A stretch of DNA of 63,922 bases, counting the filler, from Licmophora abbreviata (Eukaryota), in NCBI GenBank assembly GCA_900291995.1. It is 15 parts of 15 records of this genome, joined end to end, with 100 filler letters (N's around TTAATTAATTAA, not from the genome) between each part and the next. Parts side by side here need not be neighbours in the genome. Positions count along the whole stretch, not along the records: positions 59,589 to 62,752 come from OLMU01001562.1; positions 62,853 to 63,922 come from OLMU01001583.1; 13 more parts are not named here. The stretch is one strand, 5' to 3'. Below, piece by piece: positions 60,646 to 63,922 of this stretch. The notes below the pieces were generated by a model. The model was not told where the DNA came from, ran no database searches, and saw nothing but the letters and a program-made list of their open reading frames with translations. The translations under genes were made by a program, and so were the position numbers. The stretch's first letter is position 1. Each line of letters opens with the position of its first letter.

Positions 60646-62752
60646 TTATACCGTCCCTTCGTTCAGCTGTGAGAGATTAGGCGGATCAATGAAACACCGT
60701 GTACAGCATTCTGGAAATGGGCATGAGATCTCTGGAGCGGCCCCGCCGCAGTCCGCCCATAGATCTTCTAGTATACCTGTCCCATCCTCCCGTAAGGAAC
60801 AGACTGATGCCGGCATAGTCCCACTGAATGAATTGCCTTGTATCAGAAACTCGTTTAGTCGGTCGAGGCTTCCGTCGGGGATGTCTGGGACCAGCCCCTC
60901 CAACAGGTTGTTCTCCAGGAATAGATCTCGGAGCAAGGGTGGATCTGAATAGCTCGACGGAAGGCCGCCTGTCAGGGTATTATTCGCCATGTAAACATTT
61001 TCTATTGTTGGAACTGTGAATATGGAAGCTGGGATGGGACCTCCTAGGGCGTTGTTACTTGCATCAAAGAATTCGAGCCTTGTAAAACCCGCAAAGACGT
61101 CCGGAATATCCCCAGTCAGCTTGGTCGATCGCTGGTCGTTCAACAGAAGAAACTCTGCGTTCCAAGTAGGCAATGCAACGGATTGTGAGCAAAACGCGGG
61201 TATGGTAGAGATTTCATCGGGCCAATAGCAGTGCTCGCTCAGTACGTACCAAGCTCCGTTAGGCGTCCTATCTCCGAAGGGATACTTCCAGTGAGGAAAT
61301 TGAATTCCAAGCGCAGCGTTCGCAAGAGCTCCAATTGTCCAATGTTGGTGGAAATAATTCCCGTAAGCGCGTTCAAGTCCAAGCGTAAAATACGAAGCGC
61401 GCTGAGATCAAAGATTGCCTCTGGGAGGCTTTCTTCGAAGAAATTTTCCTGGGCACGAAACTGGGTCAGATTCTGCAAGTTGCCGATCTGTTGAGGAAGC
61501 ACGCCGCTGAAGCCGTTCGTGTATATGAACCATGTTTCTGCACATAAAAAAAAGACAACATGATGAGAACAGGATATCGCTACGTGATATGACCACTGAT
61601 CCAACATGTACGGAGTCGTCAGATGTACTCACCGAGGTTCTCGAGCGACCCAATCGTCGTGGGGATTTCCCCGGAGAAATCGTTCACAGCAATCCACATT
61701 TGCTCTAGCATAGATAACTGGTTGATCTCCGCGGGGATTGAGCCACTCAGGGCGTTAAAGGACGCGCGAAGTACTCTCAATTTGCTCAACCCAATAACTT
61801 TGTCCGTAAACAACTGGCCAGTAAGATCATTGCTCTCGATATCAATCGTGTCTAGGTCCGAAAGGTCGCCGATTGTTTCTGGAATAGTCGAATTTATCCC
61901 GTTGTCAAAAACTTTGAGCTGATGCAATGTCGAAAGAGTTGAAATTTCGTCCGGTAGCGAACCTACGAGGTTGTTCATTTCTGAACGAGAGAAAATGGAC
62001 AGCGTTAGCAATACATGTTTTCCAGAATAATGAGCACGCAGTGAAAGTCTAAACCATCAACCCACCTAAATCAATCTTAATGGCAAAGATGTCCTCCCCA
62101 TCCTCCGAGCAGTCAACACCAAACCAGTTGCACTCGACCGAATTGGAGAGCCACCCATTGCTATTCTCCCATGCCACTCCTGTCGTGGAATAATAGATTA
62201 CCACAAGACCGTAACGCTGATCAATCGTGGGATAGGTACACACGTCAGGGTTCAACGGATCGACGTTCACCATCCAGTTAAATGCCTGACCCTGTGGCGT
62301 GGTCGGGTCAGTTAAAAGTTCCACAGGAGTAACTTCAGAAAGTGTATCAAGAAGAAATGCCTCCCTAGTGGTTCCGGCTAGACAATCGATCGATGGCATG
62401 GCCGTCATTGTCGTCACTGCCGTTGGTCGCGGAGTCGGTTGCGGAATAATCCCCGTGGGAACGCGGCTAGGGGCTGACGTGGTAGGATCAGGCCTTGGTG
62501 TGGGTTTCGCAGAGGGCCTTGGGGTAGGCTTAGGCACGGGGGAGTCATCACTTGATCGACCCGTCGATCCCCCAGTAGAATCACTAGATCCCCCACCACG
62601 TGGATCGTAACAGTAGTCTTCCTTATTTCCACGTCGATTGATGGCACGATTGCCTCGACAGCCAGGTACTGTGTTCGAGTCCACAAAATCAAAACATACG
62701 AGGTCTCCTTGACAATCGTGGTCGCTGTCGCAGTCCCCCTCACACAAGGAGA
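60646..62752 (-). CDS. Leucine-rich-repeat protein with frustulin-type acidic Cys-rich module and Pro/Thr linker, 5'-truncated by gap
   Basis: CEGDCDSDHDCQGDLVCF...VPGC...DYC; PKPTPRP linker; PQGQAFNW..QRYGL..YYSTTG..W...GWL...CNWFGVDC cap; plant-type LRRs (N.L.G.IP.EIG.L). Introns 62065-61981, 61632-61538 and 61249-61155. Confidence 0.88.
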
Positions 62753-62852
62753 NNNNNNNNNNNNNNNNNNNNNNNNNNNNNNNNNNNNNNNNNNNNTTAA
62801 TTAATTAANNNNNNNNNNNNNNNNNNNNNNNNNNNNNNNNNNNNNNNNNNNN

Positions 62853-63922
62853 TCACTGTAGATGTGAGCGTAGAGGAAGATCCTTGGGTTGCTGAATGGC
62901 CTGCACGCCAGAAAAGGCAGCTCTCTCTCCCTTTCCGTTAGCCTCGGTCCAATAAACGTCCGCAGAAACGCCTTGATTATTGCTGTTGTTCGGATCATTT
63001 CAAGTCCAAGAATTAAAACAGCGTCAATAAGAACCAGTTGGATAAAGAACTCTGACTGCGGTGGCAACGAAATTGCCATAAAGCGAAATAGATCACCGGC
63101 TGTATCGATCTGTTGAAAGGCCCCGATAAGGCTCCCACTAATCGAAGCGATAAAGAACGTTTGAACGATCTGCATTGGCAGACATTAACCGCATACATGA
63201 GTTCCTGTTTCGAAATCACGAGAGCGCGCAGCACATGCGGAAGCTACAGCGTTAGGGCACGTACCAGAAACACCGCCATCTTTGTCATCATCGATGTAAG
63301 AAGGCGAGATTCCCCAACGACACCCTCTAGCCTGGAAATCAGCTTCATGAGGTCAGGGAGAACAACGTTGTTCATGAGCTGTATGAGGAGAGGTCCTAGC
63401 TGGTTGAGGAAACCCTCCAACCAAGGAGCGGCTTCTAGCCATTCCGCGATCTTCGGGAAATGGTCACTGAGCCACTCCGGTTCTGTGAGCGTGACCAAGA
63501 ACGTGACCGGCACCGTCCAGAATACGCAGACCAGACCTGTGATCGCAAAAGATATCAGCTGACGTGAACTACGGACTGACGGAGGGATAGCAGCGTTTGC
63601 CCAAATCACTTCATTCGGCTGAGGGGGTTCTGCAACGTGCATCCCATTCGGGTTCGCTGTGTGAACAATTTGGCGCGCCGCGGAGACTGCGCTGAGACTG
63701 CTTAATGTCACAAAGCCTGAGGTCATTTGATCACCTTCAGAGCCGCAACTGAGCCCGGTCAAATCAGGAGTATGCGCAACTTGTTTCACAGTATCCGACG
63801 CCTTCCTCGAGAGAGTCGCTGCAGACTTGGAAATAACGTCATCGACGGACGACAAGACGTCGCTGACAGATGAAGACAGGTGCTCCAATATACGCTTGTC
63901 ACTCGAAGCCGGATCTTTTGCT
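62853..63922 (-). CDS. CSC1/OSCA/ERD4 (RSN1_7TM) family channel, internal fragment
   Basis: Motifs SGFVTLSS..A..ARQ, EPPQPNEVIWAN, VFWTVPVTF, FFIASISGS, SLPPQSEFFIQ. Intron 63264-63170. Confidence 0.85.

Overview
This is eukaryotic nuclear DNA, almost certainly from a diatom. The evidence is ASAFAP-type bipartite plastid targeting peptides, a frustulin-type Cys-rich module, RXL motifs, short GT-AG introns and high gene density. The window is a scaffold in which 14 gaps were filled with an artificial ~100-nt N-TTAATTAATTAA-N linker. Three genes continue across linkers and two linkers have overlapping flanks, so contig order appears real. About eight single-base frameshifts, several in homopolymers, look like pyrosequencing-type errors. 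About 30 protein-coding genes are recognisable; I found no rRNA, tRNA, CRISPR or intact transposon. The best lead is a candidate furan or methyl-branched fatty-acid gene cluster. It has a fused FAD-oxidoreductase/CFA-type methyltransferase (UfaD+UfaM-like) head-to-head with an unusual cytochrome-b5 desaturase across a promoter with a centred TGACGTA-CA-TACGTCA palindrome, and a DUF1365 (UfaO-like) gene ~15 kb away. Other leads are three V-ATPase c-subunit paralogs with an acidic loop insertion, a transmembrane FG-repeat protein head-to-head with a CHMP7-like gene, a frustulin-LRR fusion, a VHL-PUB protein beside RBX1 and UBC4, and a mosaic Cys-rich protein with bacterial-type domains. All family assignments come from motif recognition by eye; no database search was run.
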